Shown in pieces: positions 39,726 to 49,350 of a stretch of DNA of 64,000 bases. The translations under genes and the position numbers were made by a program. The stretch is taken from positions 243,125 to 307,124 of the IMG/VR virus record IMGVR_UViG_3300037110_000087, one strand, 5' to 3'. Every line of letters begins with the position of its first letter. Position 1 is the first letter of the stretch. The notes beneath the pieces are model-generated. The model did not search any database and had not been told where the DNA came from. It saw only the letters and a list, made by a program, of their open reading frames with translations.

Positions 39726-40130
39726 ATGAAAATCAGACAGGGATTTGTTTCTAACAGTAGTTCCAGTAGTTTTTTGATTTATGGAATAGCTCTAGAGCGC
39801 AATGAAATCATGGACAAACTGAGTAGAGAACTGCTTAAGTCGATGTTCATTGAGAGTCGAAAAGGGACTTATGAGGAAGAATTTGAAATTATTGATGAAG
39901 ATCTCGATAATTTTGATCCCCCTATCTATGATGTTGTCGAACATCTTGGCGTAGATTACCATCATCCCTACGATGGGAGTACCTATTACTTTGGTTTATC
40001 CTGGGATGAGGTGGGCGACAATGAGACTGGTGCCCAATTCAAGAAACGAGTCGAAGATTCCATCAAAGGGGTTTTCATTCTTGACTCTGGTGAGACATTT
40101 GGTACCCATGAAGAGGCGTGGCATGACTAA
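39726..40130 (+). CDS. FVSNSSSSSF-leader protein 1
   Basis: Begins MKIRQGFVSNSSSSSF. Confidence 0.85.
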   Translation: MKIRQGFVSNSSSSSFLIYGIALERNEIMDKLSRELLKSMFIESRKGTYEEEFEIIDEDLDNFDPPIYDVVEHLGVDYHHPYDGSTYYFGLSWDEVGDNETGAQFKKRVEDSIKGVFILDSGETFGTHEEAWHD

Positions 40131-40482
40131 TTATCCCGATGGTGACGTAGAATTCAACCGCATTCACAATGACCCCAAATACAACTCCAGTATTCATTTT
40201 CAGGCTGGGGGTGCTGATGATGTCCTGGTGATTGATAGAGATGGAATGCTCTACAAGGGCAAACGGATCGAGGATGCTGGTGAAGCATATGCAGCATTTA
40301 TGCAGATGATGGGACAGATGAATAATCAGCCGAAGATTCGCGAAGCCGCAAAGAAGCTCTATTATGCTGCCCATTGGTCTGCGGATCGTGATGTGGAAGA
40401 GAACAAACTATGGGAGAACCTACGCGATGCCCTGGGACTGGAGCCTGGGAATTCTCCAGAGGAGATCAAGAATGAAAATTAG
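40123..40482 (+). CDS. hypothetical protein
   Basis: Start MTNYPDG overlaps upstream gene end. Confidence 0.6.
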   Translation: MTNYPDGDVEFNRIHNDPKYNSSIHFQAGGADDVLVIDRDGMLYKGKRIEDAGEAYAAFMQMMGQMNNQPKIREAAKKLYYAAHWSADRDVEENKLWENLRDALGLEPGNSPEEIKNEN

Positions 40483-40870
40483 AAATGGATTTGTCTCAAA
40501 CAGTAGTTCTAGCAGCTTCTGTATTTATGGGGTCTGTGTAGAGCGCGGTGATGAGAAACATGTGTTCAGCGACGAGATCATTAAATCTATTGTTGCAGAA
40601 CAATTAGATATGGTTCCTAGAGAAGTCTCTGACGAGACAATCCGTAATTTCGATCTCACCGAGGTTGACGATCTCGAATATATTCTAGCCAAGAGTATTG
40701 GTACTGATTGCTGGCGAGGTGAGGAAGCCTTTTATTTTGGCCGTAAATGGTGCAGAATTAAGGATGACGAGACAGGTGCACAATTCAAACAGTCCATCGA
40801 AGAAAAGCTCCGTGGAGCCTTTAAGAAAGAACCGAAATTCGAGACTCATGACGAGGTTGTTTACAGTTGA
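40472..40870 (+). CDS. FVSNSSSSSF-leader protein 2
   Basis: Begins MKIRNGFVSNSSSSSF; shares D.ETGAQFK with protein 1. Confidence 0.85.
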   Translation: MKIRNGFVSNSSSSSFCIYGVCVERGDEKHVFSDEIIKSIVAEQLDMVPREVSDETIRNFDLTEVDDLEYILAKSIGTDCWRGEEAFYFGRKWCRIKDDETGAQFKQSIEEKLRGAFKKEPKFETHDEVVYS

Positions 40871-40897
40871 AGGTTGTTAAACAAAGTGAGGTGAAAA

Positions 40898-41113
40898 ATG
40901 GCACAGATCGTTCCTGCCCAGAAGGGCTTTGAAATCGTTGGACTCCCAGATGAGGGGGTCCCCGATATCCGCCAGGGTGCTTGGCTTGATTCCACCCATC
41001 TGAGAGGGGTTAAACGTCGCCAGGGTCGCACCAAGTTCACTCCGCTCCGGTTCCCTGATCAGGCCAGCGCTCTCCGGTATTGTCAGCGTCGGAACATTGA
41101 AATCACCGAATAA
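40898..41113 (+). CDS. hypothetical protein
   Basis: GAGGTG RBS. Confidence 0.6.
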   Translation: MAQIVPAQKGFEIVGLPDEGVPDIRQGAWLDSTHLRGVKRRQGRTKFTPLRFPDQASALRYCQRRNIEITE

Positions 41114-41130
41114 TTTACCATGAGGCAGAA

Positions 41131-42231
41131 ATGCTCAGAATCAGGGAATCCTCTATCATCAAGTCCGTGAGGTCGAAGAACTATAACTTCGATTTCGACA
41201 AGAGGACTGGCTTTTTCGCCCGATGGGGAACGACAAAAGAGGATGATCCCTCCATGGCTCCTGCTCCGGAGATTCTCGATTTTGAGATTTCGTATGGTGG
41301 CGACTGTCTGGGGAATTGTCCAATGTGCTATAAGGACAATTCTGGCCCTCAGCCCACCGTTAATCTCTCATTTGAGGATTTTAAGACAATCCTTGATAAG
41401 ATGCCTCCGCTACTTACCCAGGTAGCGTTTGGCATCATGAATATCTCCACCAATCCAGATTTCTTCAAGATGATGGAGTATTGCAGAGAACGAGGTATTG
41501 TTCCTAATTACACCTGTCATGGTCTGGATGTTACTCCTGAGATCGCTGAGCGAACGGCTGCGCTATGTGGTGCGGTGGCTGTTTCTGTGTATGATAAGGA
41601 GAAATCATACAACGCTATCAAGATGTTTACTGATGCTGGCATGAAGCAGGTCAACATTCATTGCATGCTGTCGGAAGAGACATTCGGCTTTGCCAAGAAG
41701 ATTGTGTATGATATTCATACTGATATCCGGCTGGAGAAGCTTAACGCTATTGTGTTCCTGGCCTATAAGCCAAAGGGCCGGGAAGGTGGCAAGAAGTTCT
41801 TTCACACAATCAAAGATCCTGAGAAGTATAAGGAACTGATTCAGTATTGTACCGATCTGAAAGTGAATTGGGGTTGTGATAGCTGCTCTGCTCCGATCGT
41901 GCTCCAGGCATTCCAAGGAACTGGTCGCTATGGATCGGTGGCTCCCTTCATCGAGCCTTGTGAATCATCTTTATTCAGTTCATACATTAGCGCTGAAGGG
42001 ATGTTCTTCCCTTGCAGTTTCACGGAAGGTGAATCGGGGTGGGAACAGGGACTCGATGTTCTCCATTGTGATAATTTCGTCCAGGACATCTGGATGCATC
42101 CACGAACAATTGCTTTCCGCGAGAATCTGATTGGTAGCTGTGAGGGCTGCTCAGGATGTCATTCTCAAAAAATCTGCAGAAGCTGCCCTGTGTTCGATAT
42201 TACCGGCTGCGTCATTCCACGGGAGGATTAA
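41131..42231 (+). CDS. radical SAM enzyme with SPASM/twitch-like C-terminus
   Basis: CLGNCPMC (CxxxCxxC); GCDSC, PCE...ISAEG.FFPCSF, CEGCSGC...CRSCP. Confidence 0.92.
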   Translation: MLRIRESSIIKSVRSKNYNFDFDKRTGFFARWGTTKEDDPSMAPAPEILDFEISYGGDCLGNCPMCYKDNSGPQPTVNLSFEDFKTILDKMPPLLTQVAFGIMNISTNPDFFKMMEYCRERGIVPNYTCHGLDVTPEIAERTAALCGAVAVSVYDKEKSYNAIKMFTDAGMKQVNIHCMLSEETFGFAKKIVYDIHTDIRLEKLNAIVFLAYKPKGREGGKKFFHTIKDPEKYKELIQYCTDLKVNWGCDSCSAPIVLQAFQGTGRYGSVAPFIEPCESSLFSSYISAEGMFFPCSFTEGESGWEQGLDVLHCDNFVQDIWMHPRTIAFRENLIGSCEGCSGCHSQKICRSCPVFDITGCVIPRED

Positions 42232-42626
42232 TGAGAATCAGATCTGGCTTCGTCAGCAATAGTAGTTCCAGTAGCTTTATCATCATTGGTTTCAAGATGA
42301 ATCCCTACGCACCTGAGGCTGTGGAGTTCCTGAAATCCATGGGTGATACCAAGATTGGGACGTTCGAGGACGAAGATGATGAGATGGACTACATCTATGA
42401 TACCTATACGTCTAAACATTGTAAGAAAGGGACTGAGCAATCCCCTTATCGATTCGCTGATGATTACTTTGGGATCGTTCTATTCAATAAGAGCAACGAG
42501 GGTGACTATATACCCAATGGGGAAATAAGCGCAGAGGATCTCATGCGAAGGTCCATTGAAATTGCCATTAAGTTTGGGAAGGACCTTTCCGAGGTCAAGT
42601 TATACTATGGGACCTATTCCAGCTAG
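42231..42626 (+). CDS. FVSNSSSSSF-leader protein 3
   Basis: Begins MRIRSGFVSNSSSSSF; TAATG-coupled to the radical SAM stop. Confidence 0.85.
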   Translation: MRIRSGFVSNSSSSSFIIIGFKMNPYAPEAVEFLKSMGDTKIGTFEDEDDEMDYIYDTYTSKHCKKGTEQSPYRFADDYFGIVLFNKSNEGDYIPNGEISAEDLMRRSIEIAIKFGKDLSEVKLYYGTYSS

Positions 42627-42635
42627 GAGTTTAGA

Positions 42636-43202
42636 ATGAAGATCAGAACTGGTTTTGTCAGCAATAGTAGCTCTAGTAGCTTCGTGGTTGCATTTTCCTA
42701 CGAGAACCCCACCGTTGAGCAGATCCTTGAGGTTTTTAAGCCTAGGGCTTACATGTCGTATAGTTGTTTAATTACCGGCCAAGAGATCGGCAATGCCCTG
42801 GTGCGTGACACTCAGGAACAGAAAGGTATTTTGATCTGTGAAGACAACCTGGGTGAACTATCTGGTATGGTCAATGATGACTGGGAGTTCAATGAATGTT
42901 TACAGGACCCCTGGTATCAGAAGCTTGCGATTCTTATTAAAGAGAGATTCGCGGAACTGAAGAAAGAGGAACCGGAATCTAGCATTGAACAAGAGGGGTG
43001 GAAGATCAAGCAATTCGTTGATAATTTCACTGACAACCTTGGTAATAGTGACCTGCATAATTGGATCAAGAAGAATGAAAGTCAGTATGCATTTGCCTAT
43101 TCTTACTGTGACGAGGGTGGGGGCTGTGGGAGTGCATTGGAGCATGGTGATCACTGGAATAATGTTCCAAAGGAATCACTCTTATATGAAAGTCATCATT
43201 AA
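42636..43202 (+). CDS. FVSNSSSSSF-leader protein 4
   Basis: Begins MKIRTGFVSNSSSSSF. Confidence 0.85.
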   Translation: MKIRTGFVSNSSSSSFVVAFSYENPTVEQILEVFKPRAYMSYSCLITGQEIGNALVRDTQEQKGILICEDNLGELSGMVNDDWEFNECLQDPWYQKLAILIKERFAELKKEEPESSIEQEGWKIKQFVDNFTDNLGNSDLHNWIKKNESQYAFAYSYCDEGGGCGSALEHGDHWNNVPKESLLYESHH

Positions 43203-43480
43203 TGAAAACTTATGTTGTCATTATCAAAGACCTTGAAGGAGAGAAGATTCTCTTAGAATATGGTCGAGATCTTCTAATTAGCCGATCCATTTTAAATAAG
43301 ACTGAAGAAGAACAGAGTGAGTTACTTTGGTTTTGGGCTAATAAAATGTATTCTAATCTTGAATATCAAATGGGATGGAAGGGAGGTATAATTAATTTTA
43401 CTCCCCCTGATGGTGGACCAGATGATAGAATGACCATTCGTGGTGTATCTTATTTAAATCTTAAAGAGGAGAATAAATGA
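43202..43480 (+). CDS. hypothetical protein
   Basis: Coupled ORF. Confidence 0.6.
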   Translation: MKTYVVIIKDLEGEKILLEYGRDLLISRSILNKTEEEQSELLWFWANKMYSNLEYQMGWKGGIINFTPPDGGPDDRMTIRGVSYLNLKEENK

Positions 43481-43932
43481 AGATCAGACAGGGTTTCGTC
43501 AGCAATAGTAGTTCCAGTAGTTTCATCGTCATCGGCAATAGTGGCAGTTTCGAAGATCTTCCCGATTTTATTGGGCTAGATGACGTTCTTGAATGTGGTG
43601 ACGCAATTGGATCCACCGAATTTGGTTGGGGTCCTGATACTCTGTATGATATGGGTAGCCGGATTAATCTCTGCGCCATACAGGCTCTTAGGAGAGGATA
43701 TTGTGATGAGGGCGAAGGTGAAATAATCAACCAGGAACGGAAAGATAGTATCCTTCGTGTAATTAAAAAGCATAATCCAGAGATCTGTGATATCACATTC
43801 AAATCAGAATGGGCCTATATTGACCACCAGTCCGTCGATGAACTGGCTGAGATGTTCGAATCAGATGACACACTGGAACGGTTCATTTTCGATAGTGGTT
43901 CCTATATCAAACTGGACAACGATAACCATTGA
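43477..43932 (+). CDS. FVSNSSSSSF-leader protein 5
   Basis: Begins MKIRQGFVSNSSSSSF. Confidence 0.85.
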   Translation: MKIRQGFVSNSSSSSFIVIGNSGSFEDLPDFIGLDDVLECGDAIGSTEFGWGPDTLYDMGSRINLCAIQALRRGYCDEGEGEIINQERKDSILRVIKKHNPEICDITFKSEWAYIDHQSVDELAEMFESDDTLERFIFDSGSYIKLDNDNH

Positions 43933-43939
43933 GGGCAAT

Positions 43940-44095
43940 ATGTGGAGTGGTTGGGCTAACCCAAAGTATGATCGAATAATCACGGTGATCTTTGTGGCCA
44001 TTGCTGCAGCTTTTGGATTGGGGATCGTTGCAGCAATATATCTTCCTCAACTATGGCATTGGCTAATACCAATTATTCATCACTGGGCTTCCTAA
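43940..44095 (+). CDS. small membrane protein
   Basis: MWSGW... single TM segment. Confidence 0.5.
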   Translation: MWSGWANPKYDRIITVIFVAIAAAFGLGIVAAIYLPQLWHWLIPIIHHWAS

Positions 44096-44128
44096 AGGTT
44101 ATTTGGAATAGTCCTAGGAGTCAGTCCC

Positions 44129-44884
44129 GTGAATCTGAATGAGAAAGATTACGATATTAAAGGAATCAAGTTCTGGCAGTCTTTCCTTGATCGTCTTGGA
44201 AGTTACAGTGGTGTTACTCATACTGCCGTGGTCCATAAGATCAAATACTGCAGTAATCACATTGAGATTGAGTGCACGAGTCCACGCTCGATTATTACTC
44301 TGTTAAATTTGTTATTCCAGGCATATGAGAAGGATGGAAAGATTATCTTACCTGACGGTGGTTTAGCTGGCTATCGTCAGTTAAAATGTCTGTGGTTGTA
44401 TATGACTGTGCTATTTGAAGATCAAGAGAATAGCTTACTACTGCAAAGTTTCATCAACCACTACTATCCAGGCAGTCTCAGATTGTTCACTACCAGATTC
44501 CTAAAACATTTGAACAAGATTGTTGACCTGGAAGGGATTGTAAGAAGTAGTGGCGTCCAGGATGTAGATTTTACCGAGACTGGGATGCAGTTCACTTGGC
44601 CCATTATCTTCGGGAAGACCAAACAGGAGATTCTTGAGGGGAACATTTCCGGCTTAGTATTCCAGCGGGACGAGACAAGGGAATTAGAAATTCTAGATGT
44701 CAGCTTTGATTTCTGTTGGGCTGCACTATCTGGATCATCCTGGGCCGGGAATATTGATGCTTTATTTGAGGATGAGAGTCTCCCATTCAAGCATCTGAAA
44801 GAGCATGAATTTTCAAAATTGGATAAGGATGACTTTCTCTATTGTAGGGACAAGGTAGAAGATTTAATGAACAATATGATATAA
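44129..44884 (+). CDS. hypothetical protein
   Basis: AGGAG RBS, GTG start. Confidence 0.7.
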   Translation: MNLNEKDYDIKGIKFWQSFLDRLGSYSGVTHTAVVHKIKYCSNHIEIECTSPRSIITLLNLLFQAYEKDGKIILPDGGLAGYRQLKCLWLYMTVLFEDQENSLLLQSFINHYYPGSLRLFTTRFLKHLNKIVDLEGIVRSSGVQDVDFTETGMQFTWPIIFGKTKQEILEGNISGLVFQRDETRELEILDVSFDFCWAALSGSSWAGNIDALFEDESLPFKHLKEHEFSKLDKDDFLYCRDKVEDLMNNMI

Positions 44885-44904
44885 TAAAAGGAAAGGAGTC
44901 CCAG

Positions 44905-45372
44905 GTGGTTAGATTGCACTTTATTGCGACAGTTAAAGAAATCAGCAGAGAAGGTATTAAGAAGAACGCTAGTATTGCTGATGATAATACTTACCTTTAT
45001 TCACGTAAAGAAGGAATGACGGGAGAGCGTATTGTTCGTGATGCCTATATGCAGTGTCCTGAATCCATTTTCCAGAAGGTTGTTGCTTCCCATCTTGAAG
45101 GTCTTGCGGAATACACCGATACCCCTTTCCCGGATTATTTACCCAAAGTCCAAGCAGCTATCCTTACCAGTAATCGCAGAAAGATCTGGATTGCCTTCGA
45201 TTTTGCTGAATCCCTTGGTGAAATGTATACTCTTAAAGAAATGTTTGAGTATATTTTCAATGTAAATATGGGATTTGACATCGATCCAGAATTTCAATCC
45301 TGGATCGAATCTTATACTCCTGCCGAAAAAGATATTGCAATTCTTGAAAAGGCAAGACGCAAGAACCTATAG
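44905..45372 (+). CDS. hypothetical protein
   Basis: AAGGAG RBS. Confidence 0.65.
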   Translation: MVRLHFIATVKEISREGIKKNASIADDNTYLYSRKEGMTGERIVRDAYMQCPESIFQKVVASHLEGLAEYTDTPFPDYLPKVQAAILTSNRRKIWIAFDFAESLGEMYTLKEMFEYIFNVNMGFDIDPEFQSWIESYTPAEKDIAILEKARRKNL

Positions 45373-45402
45373 ACCCCGCCAATTGGCTTAGCAAAGGAAC
45401 AA

Positions 45403-46209
45403 ATGGTTGACTTTCATAACTATCAGTTGCCACCGGGATCTCGATGGCGACAAATGACTTTTTGGGATCCCCTACTTGGTTGTACTCCTGTATCTGAGGG
45501 CTGCAGATATTGTAGTTCTGCTCGTGCTGTTGACGAAGAACTAATCACCTGGAGAGATGGTCTGCCCCATTTCTGTGGCAAGGTCAAATGGGATGAATCA
45601 GCGTATGAAGACGCTGAGTTCTACCCCGAGAATTCCCAGGTTTTTGTCTGTGGCAGAAGCGATTTGTTTCATGAGGCTGTCTCTGATGAGATCATATTAA
45701 GGATCATAGAGGCCGGAAGATTGCGGCCTGACTGTTTATTCTTTGTTATCACTAAACGTCCGGAAAGACTACACGAGATTTGCTCTAGGATTGATGTTCC
45801 TGTGAACTTCTGGCTCGGTATCACTGTCGAGAATCAACGGGTAATTGACCGATTGAAATGCTTCGAAGGGGTGAGAGCCACTCGTGTTGTAAGTGCCAAA
45901 CCTCTGCTCAGCAATATTGATTTTTCTCCCTATATGAATCTGTTTGACATGATTATCGTAGGTGGAGAATACAACTACTTGGATCTCGATCGATCGCGTC
46001 CTATGAGTCTTAATTGGGCGAGATCAATTCGTGATACCTGCGTCAAACACAACAAACCTTTTAGCTTCCATAACTGGGGCAGCTGGATTCCTTGTTCGGA
46101 AAAAGAATCCACCAGGGTTGTTGATGGTCATTTCATGAAGCACCACGATAATTCTGAGGGTGCTTATCTCCTGGATGGTGTCAGTTGGGACCAATACCCA
46201 CAATCATAG
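45403..46209 (+). CDS. DUF5131 (phage Gp37Gp68, radical-SAM-like) protein
   Basis: GCTPVSEGCRYC, FVCGRSDLFH, TKRPER, WLGITVENQ, IVGGE, WARSIRD.C. Confidence 0.88.
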   Translation: MVDFHNYQLPPGSRWRQMTFWDPLLGCTPVSEGCRYCSSARAVDEELITWRDGLPHFCGKVKWDESAYEDAEFYPENSQVFVCGRSDLFHEAVSDEIILRIIEAGRLRPDCLFFVITKRPERLHEICSRIDVPVNFWLGITVENQRVIDRLKCFEGVRATRVVSAKPLLSNIDFSPYMNLFDMIIVGGEYNYLDLDRSRPMSLNWARSIRDTCVKHNKPFSFHNWGSWIPCSEKESTRVVDGHFMKHHDNSEGAYLLDGVSWDQYPQS

Positions 46210-46724
46210 GTTCTTGGGCTACTCACTATTGGTATCCTGAATTTAGAGACAACGGTGATATTGACTGTTATGTTGCACCACAATTTTGCAAATTTTTGCG
46301 GGAAAAGAAATTTGATCCCCAAGCTTACACACGGATCAATGGACTTCTGGATGTTTGCAATTTGGAAGGTCCACTAATAGAAATAGATGGAATCTGGTTT
46401 AAAATAGCCACACCAAAAATGTTGTTGGCTATCAAACGAGTCCATATTTCATTAACGCTCAAATGGTTGAAGAATATCTCAGACTTTGTGTGGCTGGCCC
46501 AGCAAGGCGTCAAGATAGACACTGAGACAGCCAATGCCTTCCACCAAAGAATGATCTACATGCATGAACAATTCTCTGATGAAAATGGAAATGAAGTTAT
46601 ACCCGAGGATATCTCACCCACTGAGTTAGCCACTCTCGTGGAGTGTCGTCGTGTCAGTCCAACTAAAGCTGCAGAAATTTTTATACAGAATTGTGGTCTG
46701 GACTTAAAAGATTACTTAATATAG
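46185..46724 (+). CDS. putative nucleotidyltransferase-fold phage protein
   Basis: IIGS.A, GDIDC (GS + DxD), ATP.ML..IK..H...KW.K...D. Confidence 0.55.
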   Translation: MGPIPTIIGSWATHYWYPEFRDNGDIDCYVAPQFCKFLREKKFDPQAYTRINGLLDVCNLEGPLIEIDGIWFKIATPKMLLAIKRVHISLTLKWLKNISDFVWLAQQGVKIDTETANAFHQRMIYMHEQFSDENGNEVIPEDISPTELATLVECRRVSPTKAAEIFIQNCGLDLKDYLI

Positions 46725-46732
46725 GAGGGTCT

Positions 46733-47020
46733 ATGAAGACTCGCAGCGGTTTCGTCAGCAATAGTAGCTCTAGTAGCTTCGTCATTCTGGGATTTGAGAT
46801 CCCGAATAGAATGGATCCACCAGAGGAGGGTGAATATAGCGTCGTCCAGACCGATTGTGACACGACTGTCTTCGGCTGGAAGATCAACGATGGGGGTGAA
46901 TTCCTGGATTACAATGAGGTTTCCTGGGAGGAATTAACTAAGGAAGCCAAGGCTATCTCCAGTAGGTACAAGATTCCGATGGAGAAGATTAAACTCTATA
47001 CCGGGACCAATAGCAATTAG
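46733..47020 (+). CDS. FVSNSSSSSF-leader protein 6
   Basis: Begins MKTRSGFVSNSSSSSF; ends KIKLYTGT, like protein 3 (EVKLYYGT). Confidence 0.85.
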   Translation: MKTRSGFVSNSSSSSFVILGFEIPNRMDPPEEGEYSVVQTDCDTTVFGWKINDGGEFLDYNEVSWEELTKEAKAISSRYKIPMEKIKLYTGTNSN

Positions 47021-47268
47021 GGTCTAAGCTTGACAAGCTCGTTAAGATTCTCTATCAGCACTCTTTGATGCTGAAGATTTGTAAAAATATCCTGCATAAT
47101 TGAATCTCTAAGAGTACCTGATGAGTATAGGCTAGGACTAGAAACAAACTCAGCCCCACAATTTGAACCTAGCATAGGCTCTAGATTCATAAATACCTCT
47201 TTACTGGGAAGAAATGGTGAGCCTGATTCCGTTTGTCTGGATTTTGCATTCCTGGACACTTTGAGCAT
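47017..47268 (-). CDS. hypothetical protein
   Basis: GGAGG RBS. Confidence 0.5.
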   Translation of the reverse strand: MLKVSRNAKSRQTESGSPFLPSKEVFMNLEPMLGSNCGAEFVSSPSLYSSGTLRDSIMQDIFTNLQHQRVLIENLNELVKLRP

Positions 47269-47335
47269 TGGGACCTCCAGGAAAAGTTTACATCTGGGAA
47301 GCTACGAGGTCAAGTGTTTCTTATTGTGAAATACG

Positions 47336-47357
47336 AAAAGGCCCCTCTGCAGGGGCC
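47336..47357 (-). terminator. intrinsic terminator
   Basis: GGCCCCT-GCAG-AGGGGCC-TTTT on minus strand after the DUF932-like gene. Confidence 0.75.
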
Positions 47358-47386
47358 GGGTTATTAGACTGGCAGCGTAGGTCGGA

Positions 47387-48610
47387 CTAGACCAGCGCGA
47401 GGTTGTCCAGCAGTTCCTGGTCCACCGCACTGTCTTCCAGGAAGAACGGCTTGTTCTTGATCTTGGTCATGCTCAGGTTGGGCTTCTCGTCGCCTTCCAG
47501 GAGCGTGTTCTCCAGGTCGTATTCACTGGAGAGCAGCTGGCCCAGCCACGCCATGAGCCGCTGGGTCTTCCTGGCGTCATCATTGTGATGGCTGGTGAGT
47601 TCGGTGCAGAAGTTGATCAGGTCATAGACCGTGCAGTCAACGTCGATCACCCTGGCCTTCCGGGCGCTGATGGATTCGAAGTTGACCAGCCCATACCGAC
47701 GCAGGGGATTCCCGCCCAGCTTGTAGAGGGCCTTGACGATCTTGAAGTCGCTGGTCTTGCCGCTGGACTCTTCCAGGTCGATGAATTCCGTGAAGCTGGT
47801 GATCTTCTGGTAGAGGCTGTGCAGTTCGCCCAGGCTGGCAGGGGAAGCCATGGCGGTGAGCATCCGCTGATGGATGGCATCGTAGGCTTCCTCGTTGTTA
47901 AAGGTGCTGATGAAGCGGCTGAGCATGACCTGGGGATCTTCCTTGCCCAGATTGATCTCGCTCTTGAAGGCCGGTCCGTAGCCGATCGCACCGTTGGTGC
48001 AGATCTCACGCAGGAGACTGACGAAAGCGGAGGGACGGCCCCAGCCATCGATGGGAGAATCCACCACGAACATGTTGATGAAGCTCTCGCCACCCAGGTT
48101 GACGCTGGTGCCCCGGCTCACGGTGGGCTGATATTCGGAGCGGACCACACCATTGGAGTAGCCGATCTTGGCCACCTGATTGATCTGCGCGATGCGCCGG
48201 GAGTCCTCGACACGGACGATCGGTTTGAGCGGGTTCGACACGGCTAGCGCATGGGTCCGGCCATCGGATTCCTTGGCCAGCGCGAAGCGCCACAGCTTGT
48301 CATCGTGCTTCTCGACCGCCCTGGCGATCACTTCCTCAGGGCTGAACAGCGTGAAGATGTTCTGGCTGATGCCCAGGTTGCTGGTCAGGCTGGTCACGAA
48401 CCGGTCGGTCGGCACGACATCCTGGCCCTCGATCCGGAGCCGCCGGATGGTGCGCTTCTTGGTGGGATCGGTGGAGAGGTCGATCTGAATCGCGTTGAGC
48501 GAAGCGATCGGATATTCCACCTGGGTGGGCAGTTCGTCGCTGCTGCGATGCATCAGGTTGCGATCGGCGCGGGAAACCATGCTCTGGTGCTGATTGCGGT
48601 GGTCGGTCAT
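47387..48610 (-). CDS. DUF932-like protein
   Basis: Start MTDHRN with AGGAG RBS; LLREICTNGAI motif; visibly GC-rich. Confidence 0.65.
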   Translation of the reverse strand: MTDHRNQHQSMVSRADRNLMHRSSDELPTQVEYPIASLNAIQIDLSTDPTKKRTIRRLRIEGQDVVPTDRFVTSLTSNLGISQNIFTLFSPEEVIARAVEKHDDKLWRFALAKESDGRTHALAVSNPLKPIVRVEDSRRIAQINQVAKIGYSNGVVRSEYQPTVSRGTSVNLGGESFINMFVVDSPIDGWGRPSAFVSLLREICTNGAIGYGPAFKSEINLGKEDPQVMLSRFISTFNNEEAYDAIHQRMLTAMASPASLGELHSLYQKITSFTEFIDLEESSGKTSDFKIVKALYKLGGNPLRRYGLVNFESISARKARVIDVDCTVYDLINFCTELTSHHNDDARKTQRLMAWLGQLLSSEYDLENTLLEGDEKPNLSMTKIKNKPFFLEDSAVDQELLDNLALV

Positions 48611-48641
48611 TGGGATGCTCCTAGGCCGAAGGGCCAAAACT

Positions 48642-48670
48642 ATTATAACACCCTGGGGATTCCCTGTCAA
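48642..48670 (-). promoter_or_regulatory. consensus sigma70 promoter
   Basis: TTGACA-17-TATAAT with TG extension. Confidence 0.9.
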
Positions 48671-48705
48671 GTATCCCCAGGATACCCCCTGATAGGATGA
48701 GTGGT

Positions 48706-49071
48706 TCATGATTTCTCCGGTTCCAAGGTGAACAGTTCTTGCGCGGCCTGAATCACTTCAAACAAGGTGTCAGCCCTTTTCCTGGCCCCAGTCAGCAGGG
48801 AACGGATTTCCCAGCCCTGGCCTTCGGGGCTAGAGGTATCAATATCACCCCGGTTGTTGACGATGATGGTGTAGGTCGGATTTATGCTATCAGGCCAGCA
48901 TTCCTTGAATCCATTCTCTGTCAGGGCATCCAGGATTTCTTGGGCGGAGAGTGAAGGGGGATCAGGGGTGCAGCAGGGAAAACAGTGCATGACTGCCCCT
49001 TCCGGCTGGGTGTGACAGACGCAGTGGCATTGTGAGCGATACATAACTTCTCCTCCTAAAAGGTACATCAC
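48706..49071 (-). CDS. hypothetical protein, Cys/His-rich N-terminus
   Basis: CHCVCH...HCFPCC. Confidence 0.6.
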   Translation of the reverse strand: MMYLLGGEVMYRSQCHCVCHTQPEGAVMHCFPCCTPDPPSLSAQEILDALTENGFKECWPDSINPTYTIIVNNRGDIDTSSPEGQGWEIRSLLTGARKRADTLFEVIQAAQELFTLEPEKS

Positions 49072-49092
49072 ATTACCTTTGCTTGGTGAACA

Positions 49093-49350
49093 TCACATTA
49101 CCTTTGCTTTCCATGAGGGTCTGTCGCCATTCATCTTGGCCTGATCGACCACTTTCCTTGCTTCCCGCTTGTTCAGGCCCAGGCCCAGTAGCTTGTTGGT
49201 AGCCCTGTCGATGAGAGTGACTTTCTTCTCCAACGCAGTCAGGTAGCCAATATCCCGCCGACCATCCAACTCCCGGATCGCAAGAGTGAGGGAGTCCTGA
49301 ATCTTCTGCTGGATCTGAGCAGCGGTAAGAGCGATGACTTCATAAGCCAT
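49093..49350 (-). CDS. hypothetical protein
   Basis: Start MAYEVI. Confidence 0.6.
   Translation of the reverse strand: MAYEVIALTAAQIQQKIQDSLTLAIRELDGRRDIGYLTALEKKVTLIDRATNKLLGLGLNKREARKVVDQAKMNGDRPSWKAKVM

Noticed and set aside
47403-48700. Several long plus-strand ORFs over the DUF932-like gene (similar sets at 7336-8356 and 13726-15877)
   Set aside because: Shadow ORFs typical of GC-rich coding sequence; no motifs or RBS
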